From Spirochaetales bacterium (GTDB lineage: Bacteria; Spirochaetota; Spirochaetia; JABEVK01), in the NCBI GenBank assembly GCA_037142615.1, contig JBAXAI010000003.1, positions 32,001 through 96,000 of the forward strand: a stretch of 64,000 nt of DNA. Direction: 5' to 3'. This document shows positions 9,723-18,845 of this stretch, piece by piece. Below the pieces are notes generated by a model. It was not told the DNA's origin and ran no database searches. It saw only the letters and a list, made by a program, of their open reading frames with translations. A program made the translations under genes and the position numbers. The stretch's first letter is position 1; each line of letters opens with the position of its first letter.

Positions 9723-11390
9723 GTGAACGTCCGATTCAAGATCATCCTGATCGTTTTGCCCCTCCTCATTTTCTCTCTGGCAGTGGCGGGCCTGACTTCG
9801 GCCCTGTCGGCCCGCAACGGGCTTACTTCGATTGCGGTCGAGTTCCTGGGGTTCAAGGCCGAGGAGCTGGAGCTGTTTTCGAACAACCAGTGGAGCTTGC
9901 TGGTCAACAACCACCTCGAAACCCGCGCCGACTTGGTGGGCATCACCAAACAGTCCATCGCGGCACATGCCATTCAGATGACGCGGAGCAAGACCGAACT
10001 CACCCTCGCGCTGGAGGAAGACGGGACCAAGGCGTTCGCCAACCGACCCCTGGATCTGGCCTCCCTTTCGGAGAGCGAAAAGTCCACGCTGCGCACGATG
10101 ATCCGGACCAAGGCCAAGGGCTGGACGACCGTCTACTTGGCCGGTCGCGAGCTGGTCGGGTTCTCCTTTTATTTGGAGTCCTTCCATTGGCTGGTGCTCG
10201 TCGCCGAGGAGTCCACCGAGTTCTACGCTCCGGTGAACCAAATCGTGGTGCAAACCGCCGTGGTCCTTTTGGTGACAGTGCTGCTATCGGTGCTGTTCCT
10301 GATCATCTTTTCGGGCATTTTGACCCGACCCCTGGGCAAGGTGGTGAGCGCCATGGAGCGAATCATTGCCAGCGGCGAGATGACCGAGCGGGTCGAGGTG
10401 CGTTTTCACGACGAAATCGGGCGCCTGGCGCACACGTTCAACGCCATGATGGAGCAGCTCGATGCGGCCTACCGGCAGGTGAAGACCTACGCCATGGACG
10501 CCGTGATCGCCAAGCGCAACGAGCAGAAGATCCGCCAGATCTTCCAAAAGTACGTTCCGAGTGAAGTCATCAACCAGATTTTCGCGCACCCGGAACAGAT
10601 GCTGGTAGGCGATGTGCGCGAAATCGCCATCCTGTTCACCGACATCCGCAGCTTCACCACGATTTCCGAGGCCTTCAAGCCCGACGAGCTGGTGACCATC
10701 CTCAACTACTACTTTTCGATCCTGGTCGAGATCATCATGGAAAAGCACGGCGTGGTCGACAAATACATCGGCGATGCGGTGATGGCCTTTTTTGGTGCCC
10801 CTGCCCGCTTCGAAAACGACGCCGAGGACGCGCTCCGCGCCGGACTGGGCATCGCCGACGCCTTGGCGGTGTTCAACGGCAAGCAGAAGGCCGAGGGCAA
10901 ACAGCAGTTTCTCACCGGAATCGGCATCAATTACGGGGCGGTGACGGTGGGCAACATCGGTACCGAGAAAAAGATGGACTACACCGTCATCGGCGACAAC
11001 GTGAACCTGGCCAGCCGCCTCGAGGGCCTCACCAAGGAATACCACCAGGCGATCCTGATTTCGCAAAGCTTGACCGAAAAGGCCGGGCCCTCGTTCCCGT
11101 ACCGTCTGGTCGACACCGTCATCGTGAAGGGCAAAACCGAAGGAGTGCGGATCTACACCTCAAGCCTGGCGCTGGACGCTGCGACCAAAGCCGCCTGGGA
11201 GTCCCACAACGCGGCCACCGACCTGTTCTACGCGCGCAAGTTCGCCGAGGCCCGGGCGGCCTTCGAGAAAGTGGGCCGGGTGCTGCCGGGCGACTACCTG
11301 GTCGAACTTTTTGTGCAGCGCTGCCACGACTTTGAGGCCAACCCTCCCCCCAAGGACTGGAACGGGACGATACAGATGACCCACAAATAG
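9723..11390 (+). CDS. Class III adenylate/guanylate cyclase with periplasmic sensor and HAMP
   Basis: Two TMs, HAMP (DEIGRLAHTFNAM), ILFTDIRSFT, DKYIGDAVMAFFGAP, YTVIGDNVNLASRLEG. Confidence 0.93.
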   Translation: MNVRFKIILIVLPLLIFSLAVAGLTSALSARNGLTSIAVEFLGFKAEELELFSNNQWSLLVNNHLETRADLVGITKQSIAAHAIQMTRSKTELTLALEEDGTKAFANRPLDLASLSESEKSTLRTMIRTKAKGWTTVYLAGRELVGFSFYLESFHWLVLVAEESTEFYAPVNQIVVQTAVVLLVTVLLSVLFLIIFSGILTRPLGKVVSAMERIIASGEMTERVEVRFHDEIGRLAHTFNAMMEQLDAAYRQVKTYAMDAVIAKRNEQKIRQIFQKYVPSEVINQIFAHPEQMLVGDVREIAILFTDIRSFTTISEAFKPDELVTILNYYFSILVEIIMEKHGVVDKYIGDAVMAFFGAPARFENDAEDALRAGLGIADALAVFNGKQKAEGKQQFLTGIGINYGAVTVGNIGTEKKMDYTVIGDNVNLASRLEGLTKEYHQAILISQSLTEKAGPSFPYRLVDTVIVKGKTEGVRIYTSSLALDAATKAAWESHNAATDLFYARKFAEARAAFEKVGRVLPGDYLVELFVQRCHDFEANPPPKDWNGTIQMTHK

Positions 11391-11465
11391 TCGCGGTGGT
11401 TGTCTCTTGAAATCCCCGGGTGCAAATGCTAGCCTACAAGTCAAACTCGTATAAGGATGTTTTTC

Positions 11466-12374
11466 ATGAAGAACACAATGATCGCCCTGCTTCTGGCCAC
11501 TTGCCTCGCGGTGCCTTCGCTTTCGGCACAGGTCAAGGCGTACAACAATGGGACCACCGAGTTTGTTCCGCCAGGAACCACTTTTGAGCTGACCGCTAAC
11601 GACCAACTGATTGGGGTCGCCAAGACCCAGTACACCATCAACGGCGGTGAGGCCTTGGAATATTCGGAACCCCTGGTGTTCAACGACGAAGGCCGCTTCA
11701 CCGTCACCTATTGGTCGGAAGACCTGTTGGGCAACGTGTCGGCGCCCCAGATGTTCACGTTCACCGTTGATACGACCGCCCCGACCCTCAAGTCGGCCAC
11801 TCGCGGCGTGTCGCTCGTCAAGGACGGCGTCGTGTACCTCAAGTCGATCACGGGCATTCTGCTCGCGGCCAACGACGCCGGCGCCGGTGTCGAGGCGACC
11901 TACTTCAGCCTCGACAAAGAAAACTACATCAAGTTCAACGAAGAAGCTTTCGTGTCGGAAGAGGGTGAGCGCAGTGCTTGGGCCTACGCCGTCGACCGCG
12001 TGGGAAACAAGAGTGAGCCCATCGAAATCCAACTCGTCGTCGACAACTCCGCACCCGCCGTGTCCATCGTTCCCCTGGATCCTTTGCAGGCCGTTCGAGG
12101 CGACCGCTACGCCAAGCCTGGCAACAGCTTCATCATCAATGCCGTCGACGAGGTTTCGGGCGTCAAGTTCACCGAGGTTTCGATCAACCGCCACGAGTAC
12201 TTCACGTACAACGAGCCCATCCTGCTGACCGAAGCCGGCGAATACTCCATCCGCGCGCGCTCCACCGACAACTTGGGCAACGTCAGCCCCTTGGTGGAAT
12301 TGAACTTCCTGGTCGACGGCGGCAGTCCGAACACCACGATCGGCAAGCCCGTCGTTCCCGAAGTCGCACCATAA
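11466..12374 (+). CDS. Secreted Ig-like repeat protein (OmpL47-type beta-rich repeats)
   Basis: Signal peptide; three repeats ending D.(L/V)GN.S followed by VD..(A/S)P. Confidence 0.7.
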   Translation: MKNTMIALLLATCLAVPSLSAQVKAYNNGTTEFVPPGTTFELTANDQLIGVAKTQYTINGGEALEYSEPLVFNDEGRFTVTYWSEDLLGNVSAPQMFTFTVDTTAPTLKSATRGVSLVKDGVVYLKSITGILLAANDAGAGVEATYFSLDKENYIKFNEEAFVSEEGERSAWAYAVDRVGNKSEPIEIQLVVDNSAPAVSIVPLDPLQAVRGDRYAKPGNSFIINAVDEVSGVKFTEVSINRHEYFTYNEPILLTEAGEYSIRARSTDNLGNVSPLVELNFLVDGGSPNTTIGKPVVPEVAP

Positions 12375-12410
12375 TTCGCTCGAGCGAAGCCAGGGGCCAC
12401 CCAGCCCCGC

Positions 12411-12441
12411 AAAAGCCGCCCCCCAAAGGGCGGTTTTTTTT
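12411..12441. terminator. Intrinsic terminator, probably bidirectional
   Basis: AAAAGCCGCCC-CCCAAA-GGGCGGTTTTTTTT between convergent genes. Confidence 0.8.
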
Positions 12442-12468
12442 ATGCGCCCGGGTGGAGTGCTTGCCCGG

Positions 12469-13263
12469 TCACTTCATGAACAGGGCGGTGAGCCGCCGGG
12501 TGGTGAGAGCCAGCCCCGCGACAATCATCACCGCGAAGTAGGCCACGTGCGTGAGCAGTCCCCAGGTTGGGGCAGCGAGGGTCAGCCCGCGCATGAGTTC
12601 CACGCCGTGCCACAACGGCAGGACCATGATGATGTTCTGGATGAACGTGGGGTACACCGACAGCGGGTAGAAGGTGGCCGAAAACAGGAACATGGGCAGC
12701 ATCAGGAAGTTGATCCAGTCCATCTGCTGAAAGGTCTTCATGTAGCTGGTGATGGCCATGCCGCAGGCCGAAAAGGCAAACGCGATCAGGGTTGCCCCGC
12801 CCACCGCCAGAAAGCCCCACGGCGACAACACCAAACCCAGGGCGTACATCACGATCATGAAGCCGAGCGAGTAGACCAGGCCTCGCAGCAGCGCATAGCT
12901 GATCTCGCCCAGCGCGATGTCGAAGGTGCCCAGCGAGGTGGCAACCATGCCCTCATACAGCCGCGCGAACTTGAGCTTGAAGAAAACATTCCAGGTGGAG
13001 TCGTAAATCGCCCCGTTCATAGCCGAGGTGGCCAAGAGGGCGGGGGCCAAAAAGGCGGCGTAAGGCACCGCGTTCCCGGCGGGCCCATTGACGGTGCCGA
13101 TCATGCCACCCAGGCCCAGGCCGAAGCTCATCAGGTAAAACACCGGCTCAAAAAACCCCGAGAGGACCACGCCCCACGACGAACTCTTGACGGCCCAAAG
13201 CGAGCGTTGCACCACCGTATGGGCGCGACCGGCGTACAGACCGCGCAGCAGGTTTCGGATCAT
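12469..13263 (-). CDS. ABC-2 exporter permease (NodJ-like)
   Basis: SGFFEPVFYL, PMFLFSATFYPL, LPLWHGVELMR; ATG at 13263 overlaps the upstream stop. Confidence 0.88.
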   Translation of the reverse strand: MIRNLLRGLYAGRAHTVVQRSLWAVKSSSWGVVLSGFFEPVFYLMSFGLGLGGMIGTVNGPAGNAVPYAAFLAPALLATSAMNGAIYDSTWNVFFKLKFARLYEGMVATSLGTFDIALGEISYALLRGLVYSLGFMIVMYALGLVLSPWGFLAVGGATLIAFAFSACGMAITSYMKTFQQMDWINFLMLPMFLFSATFYPLSVYPTFIQNIIMVLPLWHGVELMRGLTLAAPTWGLLTHVAYFAVMIVAGLALTTRRLTALFMK

Positions 13264-14144
13264 TTGGACAGCCTCCTCGCGAACACGCGGAAGGCCAAGT
13301 ACAACCCAACCACCGACAGCACCAGGAGATAGCCCAGGTGGACTACCACCAGCCACGGTTCCTCGGCACGCCCGTAGGTGAGCATGCGGCCGAGCTCGGT
13401 GGCGTGCCACAGCGGCGAGACCCAGCCGATGGCCTGCAGGAAGGTGGGGAGTTGGGTCAGCGGATAGAACGTTCCCGAAAACAAGAACATCGGCGCGATC
13501 ACGAACCGGCCGATCATGGCGAAATAGCCATCGTCGTTTTCGAGCGTGGCCGCGAACGCCATCATCGGAGCCCCGAAAGCCAAACCGGCCAGCATCGTGG
13601 CGGGAACAGCGAGCAGCGACAGCGCCGAAGGGGCAGCGCCGAAGGCTGCCAGAATGGCCCAGAACACCGTGACGGTCAGGATGACGCGAGCGAAGGCCGC
13701 GAGTATGACCCCCACCACGATCTGGCCGGGGGTAATCGACGTGGCGTTCATGGCCCAGAACTCGCGGGTCCACTTGAAGCCTCCCATGACGGGAAACGAC
13801 AGTTCTTCGTAGGCCGAGGTGATAGCGGCTGAGGCGAGCAAGGCCGGCCCGACAAAGGTGATGTAATTGACGCCATCGACGCCCTTGGCGCCGGAGTTGC
13901 TGTCAATCAGGGCCCCAAGCCCCACTCCCAGCGAAAAGAGGTAGAAGAACGGCGAGCCAATGCTGCCCATCAGGATGGACCACAGGTAGGCCCGCATGGT
14001 GCGCAGCCTGTGTTCGGCAACGAACCACCAGCCCAACGTGCGCGCGCTGGCGGCCCGGTCGTTGCCCAAGTGGGCTCGTGCTCCCACGAGGGCTGCCCGC
14101 TCGATGCGGGGGTTCGCGGTGCTCAGGGGACGAGCCCCGTTCAC
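13260..14144 (-). CDS. ABC-2 exporter permease (NodJ-like)
   Basis: Y..FVGPALLA, PMFLFSGTFYPL, SPLWHATELGR. Confidence 0.88.
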   Translation of the reverse strand: MNGARPLSTANPRIERAALVGARAHLGNDRAASARTLGWWFVAEHRLRTMRAYLWSILMGSIGSPFFYLFSLGVGLGALIDSNSGAKGVDGVNYITFVGPALLASAAITSAYEELSFPVMGGFKWTREFWAMNATSITPGQIVVGVILAAFARVILTVTVFWAILAAFGAAPSALSLLAVPATMLAGLAFGAPMMAFAATLENDDGYFAMIGRFVIAPMFLFSGTFYPLTQLPTFLQAIGWVSPLWHATELGRMLTYGRAEEPWLVVVHLGYLLVLSVVGLYLAFRVFARRLSK

Positions 14145-15109
14145 TCGACCAGACTCCGGCCGGTCAGGCGCAAAAAGACGTCCTCGAGGCTCGAACGGCG
14201 AACCAGCGACGTCAGCGGGTGCAGGCCCTTGGCGGCGATGGCTTCGAGCACCGCCTCGCCGTCACCCGAGTAGATCAAAATGCGGTCGGGGAGCACTTCC
14301 AGGCGGTCGCCGAGGCCTTCGAGCTGTTTGGCAACGTCGGCGTTCTTGTCGCTGCCGAAGCGCACCTCGACCACTTCACGGCTCGAATAGCGGGCAATCA
14401 GGTCGGCCGGGGTGCCTTCGGCCATGATTTTGCCCTTGTCCATCACAATGAGCCGGTCGCAAAGTTGTTCGGCCTCGTCCATGTAGTGGGTGGTGATCAC
14501 CAGCGTCACGCCCTCTTCTTTGAGCCGGAACAGCCTGTCCCACAAGATGTGGCGGGCCTGAGGGTCAAGGCCGGTCGTCGGCTCGTCGAGCAGCAGAATG
14601 TCGGGTTCGTTCACCAAGGCGCGGGCAATGGTAAGTCGGCGTTTCATGCCGCCCGACAGGTCATCGACCTTGGTCTTGGCCTTTTCGGTCAGTTGGGCAA
14701 ACTCGATGAGCTCGTCGGCCTTTTTTTTGAGGAACTTGTGCGGCAGGCCGAAGTAGCGACCGTAAATGATGAGGTTTTCGCGCACCTTGAGCTCGGTGTC
14801 GAGGTTGTCTTGCTGCGGCACCACGCCGAGGTGGGCGCGGATGTCGGGGCCGCGCGTGTTGGGGTCGAGCCCGAGAATCGTCAGTTCGCCCGAGGTGCGC
14901 TTGGACACGCTGGCTACCATGCGCATGGTCGTCGACTTTCCGGCGCCATTGGGCCCGAGCAACCCGAAGGCCTCGCCCTTTTTCACTTCAAAATGGATGG
15001 AATCGACGGCCTTGAAGTCGCCGTAGGTTTTGGTCAGATTGTGGGCCGAAATCATCACGTCGGCCGCCGGTTGGGGAAGTTTGTTCACCGCGACAGTCTC
15101 GGCTTGCAA
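14141..15109 (-). CDS. ABC exporter ATP-binding protein (NodI-like)
   Basis: Walker A GPNGAGKST, LSGGMKRR, LLLDEPTTGLD; the start may be GTG at 15088. Confidence 0.92.
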   Translation of the reverse strand: MQAETVAVNKLPQPAADVMISAHNLTKTYGDFKAVDSIHFEVKKGEAFGLLGPNGAGKSTTMRMVASVSKRTSGELTILGLDPNTRGPDIRAHLGVVPQQDNLDTELKVRENLIIYGRYFGLPHKFLKKKADELIEFAQLTEKAKTKVDDLSGGMKRRLTIARALVNEPDILLLDEPTTGLDPQARHILWDRLFRLKEEGVTLVITTHYMDEAEQLCDRLIVMDKGKIMAEGTPADLIARYSSREVVEVRFGSDKNADVAKQLEGLGDRLEVLPDRILIYSGDGEAVLEAIAAKGLHPLTSLVRRSSLEDVFLRLTGRSLVE

Positions 15110-15155
15110 TGAAAAATTGTCAAAGGGTACCGAGGCACCGCGTGGGCGTGTCCGG

Positions 15156-15608
15156 TCACTTGGGCGGCAGTTCGACCAGTTCGGGAAAGTAGTAGTCCAG
15201 CGTGCCGTTGTCTTTGACGCGCAGTTCGGCGTAGCCCCGTTTCGACAAGTCGGTCAGCACGGTCTCGGCCTCTTCGAGCTTCAGGTCGGACTCGAGCACC
15301 ACCAGCGCGGGCGTCACGACTCCGCTTCGATTGCGGGCCACCTTCAGGACCGTCTTTTCGAGGGAGTCGCGGCGCTTGGTGTCCTTCTCGATGCGTTTTT
15401 CGAGGGCCCGGCGCTTTTCGTGGCTGCGGTCGGCAATCGCGGTGGCGCCCCGGCGCAGTCCCGTGATCACGGGGAGCACGCCAAAAACCAGGCCGAGACC
15501 CAGAGCCCAAGCGGGGTTGAGAATCTGAAAGAAGAACAGACCGTAGATTGCCGCTCCGGAGGTAAGCCCGGCGACGATGCGCTCGAGTCCTGACTTGGAT
15601 CTTGCCAT
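15156..15608 (-). CDS. Hypothetical membrane protein with a C-terminal winged-helix-like segment
   Basis: Two TMs, then GVVTPALV...LEEAETVLTDLSKRGYAELRV; ATG 15608 follows TTTACA-17-TATCTT. Confidence 0.65.
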   Translation of the reverse strand: MARSKSGLERIVAGLTSGAAIYGLFFFQILNPAWALGLGLVFGVLPVITGLRRGATAIADRSHEKRRALEKRIEKDTKRRDSLEKTVLKVARNRSGVVTPALVVLESDLKLEEAETVLTDLSKRGYAELRVKDNGTLDYYFPELVELPPK

Positions 15609-15764
15609 GCCCCGAAAGATACCGACACAACTGCGAGTTGTAAAGCGGAGGCGAAGGGCTTTGACGACTTCGCGACCAGCGTCCCTTTCGTGTCCCCCAG
15701 TCCAGTACAAGCTAGCCGTGCCCACGAAAATGAATCATCCTGATTGAATCTGATTGGAGGGTCT

Positions 15765-15938
15765 ATGGATCAAGCCCTGGCCGCTTGGGTCGACCTCGAG
15801 GAAGAAAAAACACGACTGACGTTGGAAGCCCTCAAGGATGTTGACGAAGGAAGAGTCGTCGAGCACGCAGACGTCCTCGCCTGGGCAGAAAGCTTGGCGT
15901 CCAGCGAACCGATTCCCGTCCCCGGTACTCCCGCTTGA
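15765..15938 (+). CDS. CopG/ParD-like antitoxin lacking its N-terminal ribbon-helix-helix domain
   Basis: QALAAWVDLEEEKTRLTLEALKDVDEGRVVEH..V.AWAESL matches the C-terminal part of this family; GGAGG RBS before ATG 15765. Confidence 0.7.
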   Translation: MDQALAAWVDLEEEKTRLTLEALKDVDEGRVVEHADVLAWAESLASSEPIPVPGTPA

Positions 15939-16210
15939 AGATCGTCTGGACCAGCAAAGCGCTTTCCGGCCTGGTCCGAGTCCACGAGTTTCTCGCGCGG
16001 GTGAATAAGCCCTCGGCGGCACGCCGGGTCTTGGCCTTTACGAAGGCCCCCGAGGTGTTGCTCTCGAACCCTCAACTAGGCGAGAGACTCGAAGAGTTTG
16101 CTCCCCGCGAAGTGCGCCGAGTTCTGGTGGTGGAATACGAACTGCGGTACGAGCTTCAGGAGACTACCATCTTCATCTCGCGGATCTGGCACACCAAAGA
16201 AAACCGCTAG
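15935..16210 (+). CDS. RelE/ParE-family toxin
   Basis: MKIVWTSKA.S.L.R..EFL...NP.LGERLEEF.PREVRR.LV..YE.RYE...RIWHTKE; overlaps the antitoxin stop. Confidence 0.88.
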   Translation: MKIVWTSKALSGLVRVHEFLARVNKPSAARRVLAFTKAPEVLLSNPQLGERLEEFAPREVRRVLVVEYELRYELQETTIFISRIWHTKENR

Positions 16211-16224
16211 GGTCCGCGAGAGAC

Positions 16225-16245
16225 GTCTGACCCCCGGTGGATTCA
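16225..16245 (+). repeat. REP-like repeat copy R1 (GTCTGACCCCCGGTGGATTCA)
   Basis: Near-identical to 18090-18120; its TCA is the stop codon of the Rpn gene on the minus strand. Confidence 0.75.
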
Positions 16246-17058
16246 GGATTTCAAAAGCGCCTCGACGGTCGCCGAAGGGAGTCCAGTCAGCGCTGCGACT
16301 TTGGCAACACTCATGCCATCTTCCAACAAGGCCGCTGCGACTTCGGCCTTTCCCTCGGCCTTTCCCTCGGCCTTTCCTTCTGCTTTTACGCTGAAGTAGT
16401 CATGCCGCTCCATTGACTCGTGTATCTCTCTGTAAACTTCAGGTTCAAACATGAGGTACGCCTCCATCCGTTGCTTCGCTGATCCGAGCAAGGCAACCAA
16501 ATCGGCCGGGCCGTTGGCTGGCCTCGTCTCGGGCTTCTCCAAGAATGTGTCCCAAATGGCCGCTTTTTTCAACAGCGTTCGGCGGCTCGGCGACCTCAGG
16601 AGTTTGGGAAGTTCCACGAAGATGAAGCCCAGATGTGCCGTATGTGGTAACCGAAAGTGGTGCAACCAAGGTCCTTTCTTTGAGATCTCATACTCGAGAA
16701 AATTGAGAGAAATGACCGGTTTCAACGTGGCGTAGTTTTCGCCTTTGGGGAGTTGGCGGGCAAAAAGGCGCGCCCAGTAGAACAAGGTCCGCTCGAAATA
16801 GGCGGGTTTGCGGGTAGTTTGCACTTCGACATTGATGATGCGGCCGTTGTCGTCTTCGGCCAACAGATCGAGAATTGCCAGCTTCTCGCCATTGTGTCCT
16901 GGAGTCAATTCTCGGGGCTGGAGCTGCAGCTTGTGGACCAGCGGCAGCCCGACGGCCTCGAAATGGGCGTTGACGAGACTTTCAAGGAGCGGTAAGCCTT
17001 CGGGCTCGCCAAAGACGTGCAAGAAAACGGAGTCGTGAGTGAGCGGGGAATAGGGCAT
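16243..17058 (-). CDS. Rpn/YhgA-like PD-(D/E)XK nuclease-family protein
   Basis: DSVFLHVFG, LDLLAED..GRIINVEVQ, R.LFYWARLF..QL.KGE.Y..LKPVI, FVELPK; C-terminal (AEGK)x3. Confidence 0.9.
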   Translation of the reverse strand: MPYSPLTHDSVFLHVFGEPEGLPLLESLVNAHFEAVGLPLVHKLQLQPRELTPGHNGEKLAILDLLAEDDNGRIINVEVQTTRKPAYFERTLFYWARLFARQLPKGENYATLKPVISLNFLEYEISKKGPWLHHFRLPHTAHLGFIFVELPKLLRSPSRRTLLKKAAIWDTFLEKPETRPANGPADLVALLGSAKQRMEAYLMFEPEVYREIHESMERHDYFSVKAEGKAEGKAEGKAEVAAALLEDGMSVAKVAALTGLPSATVEALLKS

Positions 17059-17180
17059 TTGGTACCTCGAGGTACCAGACAGGAAAAAGGGGCGTCTTGC
17101 TTCTACGTTGGTAACGAAATCGAAGGAATCGGGGTTTCGTTCTTGGGGACGCAGGCTGCTTTACGCGAATCTAGTTGGAG

Positions 17181-17224
17181 GCCTGGGCGACACTTCGTTT
17201 ACGCTTGGGCGACGCTTCGTTTGC
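17181..17224 (+). repeat. 22-bp tandem repeat, two imperfect copies
   Basis: GCCTGGGCGACACTTCGTTTAC / GCTTGGGCGACGCTTCGTTTGC. Confidence 0.65.
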
Positions 17225-17245
17225 GCCTGAATTCCCGCGGTGGAT

Positions 17246-17416
17246 TCATTCCACTGGCGGTGTCAGATTACTCCGAAGCAGCTCGTTCAGTAACTGCGAG
17301 GGGTCTTTTCCGGCCTTTTGGGCTTGTTGCTGCAAGAGAGCGGCGAGATCGGCTTCGAGGAAAACAGCCAATCGGTTGTCTGAGCGAGGATAGTACCTCT
17401 TGCCAACGATGATCAT
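17246..17416 (-). pseudogene. Orphan, truncated BrnA-like antitoxin fragment
   Basis: GKRYYPRSDNRLAVFLEADLAALL...LLNELLR resembles the antitoxin at 23711-23929 but lacks the YDF N-terminus and has no toxin partner. Confidence 0.5.
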
Positions 17417-17477
17417 GGCAAACGGATTCTGGAAAACACCCTCGGCCTGCTGGAAGGTTACTTTGCGGAATTTGGCG

Positions 17478-17497
17478 GAGGTCTGTCCCCAGGTGGG
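17478..17497 (+). repeat. REP-like repeat copy R3 (GAGGTCTGTCCCCAGGTGGG)
   Basis: Lies about 11 nt past the RAYT stop; variant of GAGGTCTGACCCCCGGTGG. Confidence 0.65.
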
Positions 17498-17508
17498 AAC
17501 ATGCCCTG

Positions 17509-18027
17509 TTATTGGAGGGTCAACAACCTGTGCGACGGAAACAGCCCTTGCAGCCAGGCCGGCAGAGGAGCGAGCCAGCTTGGTGGGCCAGTCCGTCGAA
17601 GCCCGACGCCGCCCCATTTCCACTGCTCCGGGGTGGAAACCAGTTCGGCCCTGACGGGATTGTTGTCGACGTACGCGAACACACGAAGAAACTCGACAAA
17701 GTTGGGGATAATCCACGAGAAGAACCGGCCACCCCAAAAGTGCCCCCAGAGGCCGTTGGCCTTGTTATAACGGATGGCGAACGTCTGGAGAATCCATTTC
17801 ATGATATTGGCGAGAGTTGAAGCCCCTTTGGGCTGGAGGATCAGGTGAAAATGGTTGCCCATGATCACGAAGTTGTCGAGGTGGAAGTCGAACTTCTCGT
17901 GTGCCCTGGCGAGCACGTCGAGGAACATCTGTTTGACCGTGTCGTGTTCCATCAGGAGTTTTTGGTGGTTGGCCCGGGCCGTGACATGGTATTTGGCGCC
18001 GTCCTGGATGATTCGGGGTTTTCTCAT
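17509..18027 (-). CDS. REP-associated tyrosine transposase (RAYT, Y1 HUH, IS200/IS605 TnpA superfamily)
   Basis: YHVTAR.N, FVIMGNHFHLIL (HUH), GHFWGGRFFS, YVDNNPVRA.LV..PEQWKW. Confidence 0.9.
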   Translation of the reverse strand: MRKPRIIQDGAKYHVTARANHQKLLMEHDTVKQMFLDVLARAHEKFDFHLDNFVIMGNHFHLILQPKGASTLANIMKWILQTFAIRYNKANGLWGHFWGGRFFSWIIPNFVEFLRVFAYVDNNPVRAELVSTPEQWKWGGVGLRRTGPPSWLAPLPAWLQGLFPSHRLLTLQ

Positions 18028-18086
18028 ACCTGCATGACTGCGATCGAGGCGGTTCTGCTTCTACGAATGACGAAGAAATCGGTTTT

Positions 18087-18120
18087 GAGGTCTGACCCCC
18101 GGTGCCCCCCGGTGGATTCA
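18087..18120 (+). repeat. REP-like repeat copy R4 (GAGGTCTGACCCCCGGTGCCCCCCGGTGGATTCA)
   Basis: Upstream of the RAYT; longest copy, with an internal CCCCCGGTG duplication. Confidence 0.75.
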
Positions 18121-18159
18121 CGATGGGATCACCTCTGGAGAGGTCAGTCCCTCCGAAGT

Positions 18160-18378
18160 CTACCGCGAGTGGCTGAGAATAAACTCCCGCAGCGCTGAGT
18201 TCATCAGGGTCTGGTAACCGATCTTTTCTTCACCGGCTTTTTTTCGAAAGTACAGGAGCACATCGTCGTCGAGTCGAATGGAAGTGGAGATTTTCTTCGG
18301 CTGATAGAACCGACCGCGGATTCCCTTGGAGAAGTCGTACTCGTCGGCAAGTTCAAACAAGTCCTCAGATTCTCTCAT
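18160..18378 (-). CDS. BrnA-family antitoxin
   Basis: EYDFSKG.RG.F..PKK.S.SIRLDDDVL.YF......GYQTLMN.ALRE. Confidence 0.9.
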   Translation of the reverse strand: MRESEDLFELADEYDFSKGIRGRFYQPKKISTSIRLDDDVLLYFRKKAGEEKIGYQTLMNSALREFILSHSR

Positions 18379-18649
18379 AGTGCTTTCGTTCATTCTGGCT
18401 GGCCTCCCTTGCCGAAATAATCCGGATCACTTCTTGACCGTTGGAATCGAAATACAGGTTGGCGACAACGAGAAGCCGGCCGTACGGGGTTTCGCCGATG
18501 GTGATCCAGCGCTCCTCGAAATACGAAAAACGATGATCCAGAAGCGAAACGTGCAGAGGGTCGGCAAACACCAACTTGGCCTCGTCGAACGACACACCGT
18601 GCTTCGCTTGGTTTGAGGCGTCCTTCCCTGCATCCCAGTCGAACGTCAT
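18365..18649 (-). CDS. BrnT-family toxin
   Basis: MTFDWD..K...N..KHGVSFDEA..VF.DP...EERW.TIG...IRIISAREA. Confidence 0.92.
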   Translation of the reverse strand: MTFDWDAGKDASNQAKHGVSFDEAKLVFADPLHVSLLDHRFSYFEERWITIGETPYGRLLVVANLYFDSNGQEVIRIISAREASQNERKHYERI

Positions 18650-18655
18650 GGAGGA

Positions 18656-18684
18656 AGCCTAGTGAGTTGTAGTGACACTGTCAA
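18656..18684 (-). promoter_or_regulatory. Sigma70 promoter of brnTA (probably leaderless) with an operator-like palindrome
   Basis: TTGACA-17 nt-TAGGCT-6 nt-ATG; TGACA-G-TGTCA palindrome overlaps the -35. Confidence 0.65.
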
Positions 18685-18845
18685 TGCAAGTACCGTGGAA
18701 TCAGTGGAGGTGAGGCCCCCGGTGGACCCCTGTGATTTCGAGACCGGTTAGAGGGGCGCCTGCCCCTCGCTTCAGCCTCCTCGGCGGGCGACCTTCGGAT
18801 CGCCAGCCTCCGGGGTCTTCCGCTACCCCCTCTGGGTCTACTGTA

